Origin: Pseudomonadota bacterium
GTDB taxonomy: Bacteria > UBA10199 > 2-02-FULL-44-16 > JAAZCA01
Assembly: GCA_016927275.1 (NCBI GenBank)
Contig: JAFGMW010000116.1
Coordinates: 1,456-65,455 of the forward strand
DNA length: 64,000 nt
Direction: 5' to 3'
Shown: positions 56,283 to 64,000 of the stretch, piece by piece
Numbering within the stretch: the first letter of the stretch is position 1
Layout of the letters: the number at the start of each line of letters is the position of its first letter
Translations under genes and position numbers: made by a program
The notes under the pieces: model-generated
The model's input: only the letters and a program-made list of their open reading frames with translations
What the model was told of the DNA's origin: nothing
Database searches by the model: none

Positions 56283-56330
56283 CTTGCGCAGCGGTTGAGG
56301 CTGAGGTTAAGGTTGAGGCTGAGGCTGAGG
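56283..56330. repeat. (GGTTGA/GGCTGA/GGTTAA)8 hexamer tandem repeat in the divergent priA/elbB promoter region
   Basis: ggttgaggctgaggttaaggttgaggctgaggctgaggctgaggcttg. Confidence 0.7.
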
Positions 56331-56354
56331 CTGAGGCTTGAAGGGGGGATGGGA

Positions 56355-57020
56355 ATGGGGAAGAAGAGAATAGGCGTGATATTGTGCGGGTGCGGCCACC
56401 GCGACGGCTCCGAGGTGCACGAGGCCACGCTCACGCTGCTGGCGATCGATCTGGCCGGGGCCGAGGCGCTCTGCTTCGCACCCGCGGGGGAGGCCAGATT
56501 CGTGCGGGACCACCTCAGCGGGGACGAGCTGCCCGAGCGGCGCAGCATGATCGTGGAGTCGGCCCGCATAGCGAGGGGGCGGATCGATCCCCTGGCGGAG
56601 GCAAGAGCGGCCGATCTCGACGCGCTCATAATACCCGGCGGCCAGGGCGCGGCGCTGAACCTCTCCTCGTATCTGGCCGACGGCGCCCGCTGCAGCGTGG
56701 AGCCGGAGACCGCGCGCCTGATCAGGGAGATGGCGGCGGCCGGCAAGCCCGTCGGCGCAATCTGCATCGCGCCTGCGACGCTCGCGAGGGCGCTTGAGGA
56801 GGCCGGGATCTCGGCGGTCCTCACCGCAGGGGACGACGAGGATGTGGCTCGCGACGTTGAGGCCATGGGGCATCGCCATGAGCGCTCGCTGCCCACCGAG
56901 TGCGTGATCGACAGGAAAAACAGGGTAGTGACGACCCCGGCCTACATGAACGCCCGATCGATCGGCGAGGTGTGGAAGGGCGTGGGCAAGCTCGTCGATG
57001 CGGTCATCGAAATGGCGTAG
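56355..57020 (+). CDS. elbB: ElbB-like DJ-1/PfpI-family (class I glutamine amidotransferase-like) protein
   Basis: MGKKRIGVILCGCGHRDGSEVHEATLTLLAIDLAGAEALCFAP... is colinear with E. coli ElbB (MKKIGVILSGCGVYDGSEIHEAVLTLLA...). Start 56355, preceded by AAGGGGGG. Confidence 0.8.
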   Translation: MGKKRIGVILCGCGHRDGSEVHEATLTLLAIDLAGAEALCFAPAGEARFVRDHLSGDELPERRSMIVESARIARGRIDPLAEARAADLDALIIPGGQGAALNLSSYLADGARCSVEPETARLIREMAAAGKPVGAICIAPATLARALEEAGISAVLTAGDDEDVARDVEAMGHRHERSLPTECVIDRKNRVVTTPAYMNARSIGEVWKGVGKLVDAVIEMA

Positions 57021-57033
57021 GAGCAAAGAAGCC

Positions 57034-57456
57034 ATGAAGATTCTCATATTGCCGATAGGCAGGATACGCGCGAGGCCGATCGCCGAGATCGCGGCCGACT
57101 ACGCGAAACGGATTTCCCACTACGCCCCCTTGCAGGTGTTGCCGTGCCGCGACGAGCCGGAGGCGATATCGAACCTCAAGCCCGGCGATCACATGGTCCT
57201 GCTCGACGCCGGGGGCAGGCAGCAGAGCTCCGAGGGGCTCTCCCGGATGATCTCCGGTCACCAGATGCGCGGGACCAGGAGGATGGTCTTCCTCATAGGG
57301 GGCCCCGGTGGGGCCGGCGAGCTGGCGAAAGACAGGGCGAGCTCGGTGCTCAGCCTGTCGCCCATGACATTCCCGCACGAGCTCGCGCAGGCGATCCTGC
57401 TCGAGCAGCTCTACCGCGCCTTCACCATCCTCAGGGGCGAGCCGTATCACAAGTGA
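57034..57456 (+). CDS. rlmH: 23S rRNA (pseudouridine1915-N3)-methyltransferase RlmH
   Basis: SPOUT-family C-terminal LSLSPMTFPHELAQAILLEQLYRAFTILRGEPYHK matches RlmH/YbeA. 140 aa. Confidence 0.85.
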   Translation: MKILILPIGRIRARPIAEIAADYAKRISHYAPLQVLPCRDEPEAISNLKPGDHMVLLDAGGRQQSSEGLSRMISGHQMRGTRRMVFLIGGPGGAGELAKDRASSVLSLSPMTFPHELAQAILLEQLYRAFTILRGEPYHK

Positions 57457-57570
57457 GACAGGCATGATCGGACATATGTATGATTTTGAGACGATTCCCT
57501 TGTTTCAGCGGCGCCTCATAAGTTATACTGTATGATAACAGGACAGAAGATGGGGCAGCAAAGGGGGGAT

Positions 57571-58938
57571 ATGAAGAAAAGGGGAGTGCTCCTATTAATC
57601 GATGATGATCGTGATTTTGCCTCCACCTTTGCCGATAGGCTGGGATCGCTGGGGTTTGAGGTGTCCGTCGCCGGCACCGCCTCAGAGGCCCTGGGTGCGC
57701 TCGATGAGGTTTCCGCCGATTGCGTGCTCGTCGACATAGGACTCCCGGACATGTCCGGAATGGAGCTCATCGGCAGGATCGCGGAGAGGGACGCGAAGCT
57801 CCCGATAGTCATGGTCACCGGCACGACGAAGATCGACACCGCGATCGAGGCGATCAAGAAGGGCGCGTACGACTACGTGGTAAAGCCCATCGATTTCGAC
57901 TCCCTGCTCATCAAGCTCGGAAACGCCGTGGAGTCGCGCCACGCGTTTCGAACCATAGCTCACTTCGAGCAGGAGGTTGCGAAGGAGCACGGCTTCGGCC
58001 GGTTCGTGTTCCGAAGCGAGCTCATGAATGGGACGGTGGAGCATCTGAAGCAGCTTGCCGAGACGGACGCCACTGTCCTCATCACGGGCGAGAGCGGAGT
58101 GGGCAAGGAGCTGGCGGCGAGGACGATACACTACAACGGTCCGCGCAGGCTCCGGCCGTTCGTGCCTGTGAGCTGCGCCGCGGTGCCCGAGACCCTCATC
58201 GAGAACGAGCTCTTCGGGCACGAGAAGGGCTCGTTCACCGACGCGTTCGAGAGGCAGCCGGGCAAGTTCGAGCACGCGGCCGGCGGCACCATATTCCTCG
58301 ACGAGATCGGGGACCTCTCCCCCGGCATACAGACCAAGCTTTTGCGGGTGCTCCAGGAGAAGAAATTCCACAGGATCGGCGGGGTCAACGAGGTGAGCGT
58401 CGACGTCCGGGTGATCGCAGCCACCAACAGGGACCTGGACGAGGCGGTGAGGAAGAACGAGTTCAGGTCGGACCTCTTCTACAGGCTCTCGGTGCTTCCC
58501 GTGCGCATGCCCTCTCTCAAGGAGAGGGGGGAGGACATCATCCCTCTCGCGCGCCACTTCCTGGGTATATTCTCCAGGAAAGTCGGCAAGCGCTTTGAGC
58601 GTTTCTCCAAAGAGGCGGAGGAGAGGCTCGCCGCATACCCCTGGCCGGGCAACGTGAGGGAGCTTCAGAACGCCATAGAGCGGGCCGCCGTCTTCGGCCG
58701 GCCGCCGGAGATCAGAGACGACGACCTCGCGCTGGGCAGGATCAACGGGATCGTCACGGCACCCGCCCCGGTCGAGGAGCCGCTGCCCGATTCGCTCGAT
58801 GAGCTGGAGGCGCTTCACATAGGGAGGACGCTGGGCAGATTCCAGGGCAACATATCCAAGGCCGCCGCGGCGCTCGGCATCGGTCGCGACACACTGTACC
58901 GGAAGATAAGGCAGTACGGAATCAAGCAAAACACGTGA
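57571..58938 (+). CDS. sigma-54-dependent response regulator (NtrC family)
   Basis: Receiver domain (LLIDDD...VLVDIGLPDMSG). AAA+ sigma-54 activator core (GESGVGKELAARTIH, GHEKGSFTDA resembling GAFTGA, ESELFGH-like). C-terminal Fis-type HTH. Confidence 0.9.
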   Translation: MKKRGVLLLIDDDRDFASTFADRLGSLGFEVSVAGTASEALGALDEVSADCVLVDIGLPDMSGMELIGRIAERDAKLPIVMVTGTTKIDTAIEAIKKGAYDYVVKPIDFDSLLIKLGNAVESRHAFRTIAHFEQEVAKEHGFGRFVFRSELMNGTVEHLKQLAETDATVLITGESGVGKELAARTIHYNGPRRLRPFVPVSCAAVPETLIENELFGHEKGSFTDAFERQPGKFEHAAGGTIFLDEIGDLSPGIQTKLLRVLQEKKFHRIGGVNEVSVDVRVIAATNRDLDEAVRKNEFRSDLFYRLSVLPVRMPSLKERGEDIIPLARHFLGIFSRKVGKRFERFSKEAEERLAAYPWPGNVRELQNAIERAAVFGRPPEIRDDDLALGRINGIVTAPAPVEEPLPDSLDELEALHIGRTLGRFQGNISKAAAALGIGRDTLYRKIRQYGIKQNT

Positions 58939-59015
58939 CACGTAACCTGTGACCTGTAACCGGTGGTAAATGACAGGATGTTAGACCGGTCACGGGTCAC
59001 GTGTTACGTGTAACG
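58930..59015. repeat. inverted tandem-repeat hairpin built from GTGAC/GTAAC units
   Basis: cacgtgacacgtaacctgtgacctgtaaccgg ... ccggtcacgggtcacgtgttacgtgtaacgg. Located between the sigma-54 regulator stop and the polX start. Confidence 0.6.
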
Positions 59016-59022
59016 GTTGCCA

Positions 59023-60747
59023 ATGGACAAATCCCAGATAGCCAACGCCCTCCACGAGATCGGCGTGCTCCTCGAGCTCACCGCGGCCAACCCCTTCAAG
59101 GTGCGCGCCTACCTCAACGCCTCCCGCACAGTCGACGGCCTCACCGACGACATAGGGGCCCTCATCGAGGGCGACCGCCTCGTGGAGATCAGGGGCATAG
59201 GCCGCCACCTCGCGGATCACATCGCCGAGCTCTACGAATGCGGCGAGGTCGCAGAGTACGCTGAGCTCAAAAAGTCGGTCCCGGAGGGGGTCCTCCAGAT
59301 GCTGTCCATCCCGGGGCTGGGCGCGAAGAAGGTCTCCCATCTCTGGCGGGACAGGGGGATAAAGAGCGTGGGGGAACTCGAGCTGCTCTGCCGCAGGCAC
59401 CTGCTCGCAGGGTCGCCCGGGTTCGGCGAGCGGACCGAGGAGAAGATCCTCGAGGGCATAGGGATGCTCAAGCGCTTCGCGGGCAAGCGCAGGCTCGACG
59501 AGGCGCTGGCGGAGGCGGAGGCGGTCGCGGCCGTCGTGCGCTCATGGCCCGGGGTCGAGCGCTGCGAGGTCGCCGGCTCTGTGCGGCGCAGGCGGGAGGT
59601 CGTGAAGGACATCGACGTCATAGCGGTCTCGGGGAGGCCGGCCGAGGTCATGCGGAGGTTCGTGTCGATGCCGGGCGTAGCCCGCGTGTTGCAGCACGGC
59701 GAGAAGAAGTCTGAGGTGGTCCTCGAGTCGGGGATCCAGTGCGACCTGAGGGTGGTGGCGGCCGCGCAGTTCGCCTTCGCCCTCCACTACTTCACCGGAT
59801 CGAAGGAGCACAACGTCCACATGCGCAGGGTGGCCAGGGAGAGGGGGCAGAAACTCAGCGAGTACGGCCTCTTCAGCGCAGGCTCCGCCAGGTCGGCCCG
59901 GTGCGCCGACGAGGCGGGCCTCTTCGCGAGGTTCGGCATGGACTACGTCGAGCCGGAGCTCCGCGAGGACACGGGCGAGATAGAGGCCGCATCGAGGCAC
60001 GAGCTCCCGAGGCTCCTCGAGGGGAAGGACGTGAGAGGCGTGCTCCACGCCCACTCAACCTATTCTGACGGGGAGGCCGGGATAGGGGAGATGGCGCGTG
60101 CCGCCCGGGGGCGAGGGTTCGAGTACATAGCCATCTGCGACCACAGCCGGTCGGTCACGGTCGCTGGGGGTATGGAGCCGGCCGACGTGAGGCGCCAGCA
60201 CAGGGAGATCGACGCGATAAACCGCAGGCTCAGGGGCTTTCGCGTGCTCAGGGGGATAGAGGTCGACATCCTCGCCGACGGCTCGCTCGACTTCGACGAC
60301 GGGCTGCTGGCGACCTTCGACCTGGTCATCGCGGCCATACACTCCCGCTTCAGCATGTCCGAGGGCGAGATGACGGAGCGGATCGTGAAGGGGATGAGCA
60401 ACCGCTTCGTGCACGCCCTGGCGCATCCGACCGGGAGGCTCCTCCTCGCGCGCGACCCGTACGCGGTGGACATGCGGCGCGTGATCGACGCCGCGGCAAA
60501 GCTCCGCGTAGCGATGGAGATCAACTCGCATCCGCAGAGGCTGGACCTCGACTGGCGCTGGTGCAGGTACGCGAAGGAGAAGGGCGTGAAATTCATCATC
60601 TGCCCCGACGCCCACTCGCCCCGGGAGATCGACGTCCTCCAGTACGGGGTCGCGGTCGCGCGCAAGGGGTGGCTCGAGAGGGCCGACGTGCTCAACTGCC
60701 TGTCGGCATCGGGGCTCCTCAAGGCGCTGGGCGGCATGCGCCGCTGA
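59023..60747 (+). CDS. polX: family X DNA polymerase with C-terminal PHP domain
   Basis: N-terminal helix-hairpin-helix and polymerase-beta-like fingers/palm (GSVRRRREVVKDIDVI). C-terminal PHP motifs GVLHAHSTYSDG and ICDHS. Confidence 0.85.
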   Translation: MDKSQIANALHEIGVLLELTAANPFKVRAYLNASRTVDGLTDDIGALIEGDRLVEIRGIGRHLADHIAELYECGEVAEYAELKKSVPEGVLQMLSIPGLGAKKVSHLWRDRGIKSVGELELLCRRHLLAGSPGFGERTEEKILEGIGMLKRFAGKRRLDEALAEAEAVAAVVRSWPGVERCEVAGSVRRRREVVKDIDVIAVSGRPAEVMRRFVSMPGVARVLQHGEKKSEVVLESGIQCDLRVVAAAQFAFALHYFTGSKEHNVHMRRVARERGQKLSEYGLFSAGSARSARCADEAGLFARFGMDYVEPELREDTGEIEAASRHELPRLLEGKDVRGVLHAHSTYSDGEAGIGEMARAARGRGFEYIAICDHSRSVTVAGGMEPADVRRQHREIDAINRRLRGFRVLRGIEVDILADGSLDFDDGLLATFDLVIAAIHSRFSMSEGEMTERIVKGMSNRFVHALAHPTGRLLLARDPYAVDMRRVIDAAAKLRVAMEINSHPQRLDLDWRWCRYAKEKGVKFIICPDAHSPREIDVLQYGVAVARKGWLERADVLNCLSASGLLKALGGMRR

Positions 60748-60837
60748 TCGCAGAAAGGCGCGCCGAGGAGCGCCCGAGCATGCCGCTTTACTTAATCCTG
60801 CGGCGGATGTAGTGAGGGCCACATCAAGGAGGCGAAG

Positions 60838-62985
60838 GTGCTATCAAAACTCTTCACACCACGATCGGTGGCGGTGGTGGGGGCGTCCCGCGAGGAGGGC
60901 AAGGTCGGGCATTCCATCATGAAGAACCTGGTCGGCCACGGATTCGCCGGCCCCATCTATCCGGTCAACCCCAAGGCGAAGGACGTGATGGGGCATCCCT
61001 GCTTCAAGGACCTGAGGGACGTGCCCGACGGCTGCGACCTGGCGGTGATCGCGGTGCCAGCGAGGCTCGTGCCGGGCATCGTAGAGGAGTGCGGGCGCAA
61101 GGGGATCGGCGCCGCGATAGTCATATCGGCGGGGTTCAAGGAGGTGGGCGGGGAGGGGGCGGATCTCGAGAAGAGGCTCTTCAACGCGGCCATGACCAGC
61201 GGCGTGAGGGTGCTGGGCCCCAACTGCCTCGGCCTCATCAACACCAGGCACCGCCTCGACGTCTCGTTCGCCGCCAGCCACCCCGAGGAGGGGGACATAG
61301 CGGTGATCTCCCAGTCCGGCGCGCTGTGCACCGCGATAATAGACTGGTCGGTCAGAAACCACATAGGATTTTCAAAGCTCATAAGCATCGGCAACAAGGT
61401 GGACATAGACGAGGAGGTGCTGATCGAGGAGCTGGGCGAGGACGACGACACGAAGGTGATCGTGGGTTACCTGGAGAACATAGTCAACGGACCGCACTTC
61501 ATGCGCTCGGCAGAGCGCGTGACCAAGCGCAAGCCGATCATACTCATCAAGGCCGGCAACACGGCGGCCGGCGCCGCGGCTGCGTCGTCCCACACCGGGA
61601 GCCTCGCCGGGGCGCGCATGGCCTACGAGTGCGCGTTCCGAACCAGCGGGATATTGCAGGCGTCCTCCCTCGAGTCGCTCTTCGACTACGCCCAGGCGTT
61701 CTCCTACCAGCCGCTGCCGCGCGGCAGGAGGGTCGCGGTGGTGACCAACGCCGGCGGGCCGGGGATCATGGCCGCAGACGCGGTCGAGAACTCCGGGCTG
61801 GCGTTCGCGAAACTCGGCGACGAGACCACGAAAGCCCTCTCCTCGTTTTTGCCGGCCGCGGCCAACATCCACAATCCGGTCGACATACTCGGCGACGCTC
61901 TGGCCGAGACCTACGGCAGGGCGCTCGAGGCGTTGCTGGCCGACGACGGCGTGGACGCCGCGGTCGTGCTGCTGACGCCCCAGGCGATGACCGACGCCGC
62001 CGAGGCCGCGCGCGTTGTGGCCGGGGTCTCGGGAAGACACGGGAAACCCGTGGTCGCCTCTTTCATCGGCGCGGACCGCGTCTCCCTGGGCATAGAGATA
62101 CTGCAGAGGAGCAGGGTGCCGCACTATCCGACCCCCGAGCGCGCGGTCGAGGCGCTGCAGGTCATGGCCGAGTTCGCGAAGTGGAAGGAGAGGCCTCCGA
62201 GGGTTATCCAGCGCTTCTCGGTCAACACCACTAAGGTGGACAGGGTGCTCAACCTCTGTCGCAAGCGTGGCCAGTTCAACGTGGGTGAGCAGGACTCGAA
62301 GGCGATACTCGCCGCCTACGGTTTCACGGTGCCGAAGGCCTCTCTCGCCAGGAGCGCCGACGAGGCGGCCTCCGCCTCGGCAGCGATAGGATTCCCCGTG
62401 GTCATGAAGATCGTCTCTCCAGACATAATCCACAAGTCGGACGTGGGAGGGGTGAAGGTCGGGCTGGCCGGATCCTCGGAGGTGAGGGACGCGTACGATC
62501 TCATGATTGCCAGGATACGCCTCCGAGAGCCCCGTGCGAGGCTCCAGGGCGTTCTCGTGCAGGAGATGGTGGGCGGGGGCCGCGAGATAATCGTCGGCAT
62601 GACGCGCGACCCCCAGTTCGGCCCCATGCTCATGTTCGGGCTGGGCGGGGTCTACGTGGAGGTCCTGCGCGACGTGTCGTTCCAGCTCGCACCCATCACC
62701 CGCGACGAGGCGTTCGAGATGCTCATCGGAACCAAGACATACAAGTTGCTCAAGGGCGTGCGCGGCGAGAAGTCCGTGGACATGGAGCTGGTCGCGGAGT
62801 GCATAAGGAGGATATCGCAGCTCTCGATGGACTTCCCCGCGATCGAGGAGCTGGACATAAACCCGCTCAACGTCTCGAGCGACAGGGCCGGCGCGGTCGC
62901 GGTGGATGCGCGCATTAAAATCCGGGACTCGGGACCCGGGATTCGGAACTCGAAACTTCAGGGGTGTGACCATGGCTCAGAATGA
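60838..62985 (+). CDS. acetyl-CoA synthetase (ADP-forming) / NDP-forming acyl-CoA synthetase, fused alpha+beta
   Basis: N-terminal CoA-binding domain (SVAVVGASREEGKVG), succinyl-CoA-synthetase-like ligase domain, and C-terminal ATP-grasp domain. 715 aa. Confidence 0.8.
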   Translation: MLSKLFTPRSVAVVGASREEGKVGHSIMKNLVGHGFAGPIYPVNPKAKDVMGHPCFKDLRDVPDGCDLAVIAVPARLVPGIVEECGRKGIGAAIVISAGFKEVGGEGADLEKRLFNAAMTSGVRVLGPNCLGLINTRHRLDVSFAASHPEEGDIAVISQSGALCTAIIDWSVRNHIGFSKLISIGNKVDIDEEVLIEELGEDDDTKVIVGYLENIVNGPHFMRSAERVTKRKPIILIKAGNTAAGAAAASSHTGSLAGARMAYECAFRTSGILQASSLESLFDYAQAFSYQPLPRGRRVAVVTNAGGPGIMAADAVENSGLAFAKLGDETTKALSSFLPAAANIHNPVDILGDALAETYGRALEALLADDGVDAAVVLLTPQAMTDAAEAARVVAGVSGRHGKPVVASFIGADRVSLGIEILQRSRVPHYPTPERAVEALQVMAEFAKWKERPPRVIQRFSVNTTKVDRVLNLCRKRGQFNVGEQDSKAILAAYGFTVPKASLARSADEAASASAAIGFPVVMKIVSPDIIHKSDVGGVKVGLAGSSEVRDAYDLMIARIRLREPRARLQGVLVQEMVGGGREIIVGMTRDPQFGPMLMFGLGGVYVEVLRDVSFQLAPITRDEAFEMLIGTKTYKLLKGVRGEKSVDMELVAECIRRISQLSMDFPAIEELDINPLNVSSDRAGAVAVDARIKIRDSGPGIRNSKLQGCDHGSE

Positions 62986-64000
62986 CTGGAAACAGACATA
63001 CTCGGGCAAGGTCGTCTCGGCCGCGGAGGCCATCTCGCACATTAAGCCCGGCAACAAGATCTTCATAGGCACAGGTTGCGCGGCGCCGCAGATGCTGATC
63101 GAGGCGCTCGCCGGGGACCGGCACGACGTCTCCGACGCGGAGATATACCACCTGCTGACCATGGGCGTCGCGCCGTACGCTCGGGAGCGCTTCTCGGAGA
63201 GATACCGCTTTAACAGCTTCTTCATCAGCGAGAACGTCCGAGATGCGGTGCAGCAGGGGTCCGGCGACTACACGCCGATATTCCTCTCCGAGCTGCCGAT
63301 GCTATTCGAGTCGGGCCGAATACCGCTGGACGTGGCCCTCATACAGGTTACGCCCCCCTCCCCCGACGGCATGGTGAGCCTCGGGGTCTCCGTGGACATC
63401 GTGAAGAGCGCCACCGAGAACGCGAGCCTGGTGATCGCCGAGATAAACGAGAACATGCCGTGGACCTGCGGCAACTCGCAGATACCGGCGGACTACATCG
63501 ACTTTATGGTCCCGTCCGATCGGCCGCTGCTCGAGTATCATCCGGTGGAGATCGACGAGACGATAGTCAAGATAGGCAGGCACGTTGCGTCGCTCATCGA
63601 GGACGGCTCGACCATCGAGCTCGGGATCGGCGCCATACCTCAGTGCATAATCGAGTTCCTCAAGGAGAAGAAGGATCTCGGCATACACACGGAGATGTTC
63701 ACCGACCAGCTGGTGGACCTCATAGAGGCCGGCGTGGTCACCGGATCCAAGAAGAACCTCGATCGCGGCAAGGTGGTGGCCTCTTTCCTCATGGGCACGG
63801 AGAAGCTCTACCGCTTTGTGCACAACAATCCGGTCGTCGAGATGCACCCGTCCCAGTACGTCAACGACCCGTTCGTGATAGCCAGGCAGCCCAGGATGGT
63901 CGCGATCAACATAGCCCTGGAGGTGGACCTCACCGGACAGGTCTGCGCCGATTCCCTCGGCACGAAGTTTTACAGCGGCATAGGGGGCCAGCTCGATTTC
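62972..64000 (+). CDS. acetyl-CoA hydrolase/transferase-family CoA-transferase (partial, runs off the window end)
   Basis: ATG at 62972 overlaps the upstream gene by 14 nt. MAQNDWKQTYSGKVVSAAEAISHIKPGNKIFIGTGCAAPQ... is colinear with 4-hydroxybutyrate/acetate CoA-transferases. No stop before position 64000. Confidence 0.75.
   Translation, partial: MAQNDWKQTYSGKVVSAAEAISHIKPGNKIFIGTGCAAPQMLIEALAGDRHDVSDAEIYHLLTMGVAPYARERFSERYRFNSFFISENVRDAVQQGSGDYTPIFLSELPMLFESGRIPLDVALIQVTPPSPDGMVSLGVSVDIVKSATENASLVIAEINENMPWTCGNSQIPADYIDFMVPSDRPLLEYHPVEIDETIVKIGRHVASLIEDGSTIELGIGAIPQCIIEFLKEKKDLGIHTEMFTDQLVDLIEAGVVTGSKKNLDRGKVVASFLMGTEKLYRFVHNNPVVEMHPSQYVNDPFVIARQPRMVAINIALEVDLTGQVCADSLGTKFYSGIGGQLDF

Noticed and set aside
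56193-56354. N-terminal extension of elbB reading RLRLRLRLRLRL through the hexamer repeat
   Set aside because: The extension is simply the repeat tract read in frame. ElbB homology begins at MGKKRIGV (56355), which has a G-rich SD.
57526-57542. LexA/SOS-box-like TACTGTATGATAACAG upstream of the sigma-54 regulator
   Set aside because: Spacing is CTGT-N6-ACAG rather than the CTGT-N8-ACAG of the enterobacterial LexA box, and no similar motif precedes dinB in this window.
61372-62973. 533-aa minus-strand ORF inside the ADP-forming acetyl-CoA synthetase gene
   Set aside because: Antisense to a gene with unambiguous CoA-binding/ATP-grasp homology. Arg-rich composition.

Overview
High-GC (~65%) bacterial chromosomal segment. 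Gene content (sigma-54 NtrC-type regulator, PolX, ADP-forming acetyl-CoA synthetase, a C-terminal sorting signal resembling the MYXO-CTERM/GlyGly-CTERM type) is suggestive of a deltaproteobacterial/Myxococcota-like lineage; this is an inference only. Most of the window is housekeeping: argH-argG, argR, serS, glnB-glnA, gpsA, cstA, ClC channel, PBP1A, PduO/cutA, queG, dinB, rpe-fmt-def-priA, elbB-rlmH, polX, acetate/CoA genes, and tRNA-Pro(CGG) and tRNA-Ser(UGA). Three things stand out. First, a ~5.6 kb three-gene operon of unrecognisable proteins (220 aa, 492 aa, and a 1180-aa protein with C-terminal HEAT repeats) has visibly lower GC and sits between argGH and argR. Second, two translationally coupled ~500-aa paralogs of unknown family lie directly downstream of argR. 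Third, the window is rich in hairpin-forming elements built from short tandem units (GGCTGA/GGTTAA hexamers, GAGARGCT octamers, GTGAC-type units, GGGATC/GTCCCGG units, and a 27-nt palindrome found at two loci). Two such elements are inserted in-frame inside queG, and one hexamer tract encodes a Lys/Pro/Ala-rich N-terminal tail on a HATPase-like protein. No transposase, integrase, rRNA or CRISPR array was seen. All calls are from reading the sequence and ORF translations; no database search was possible.
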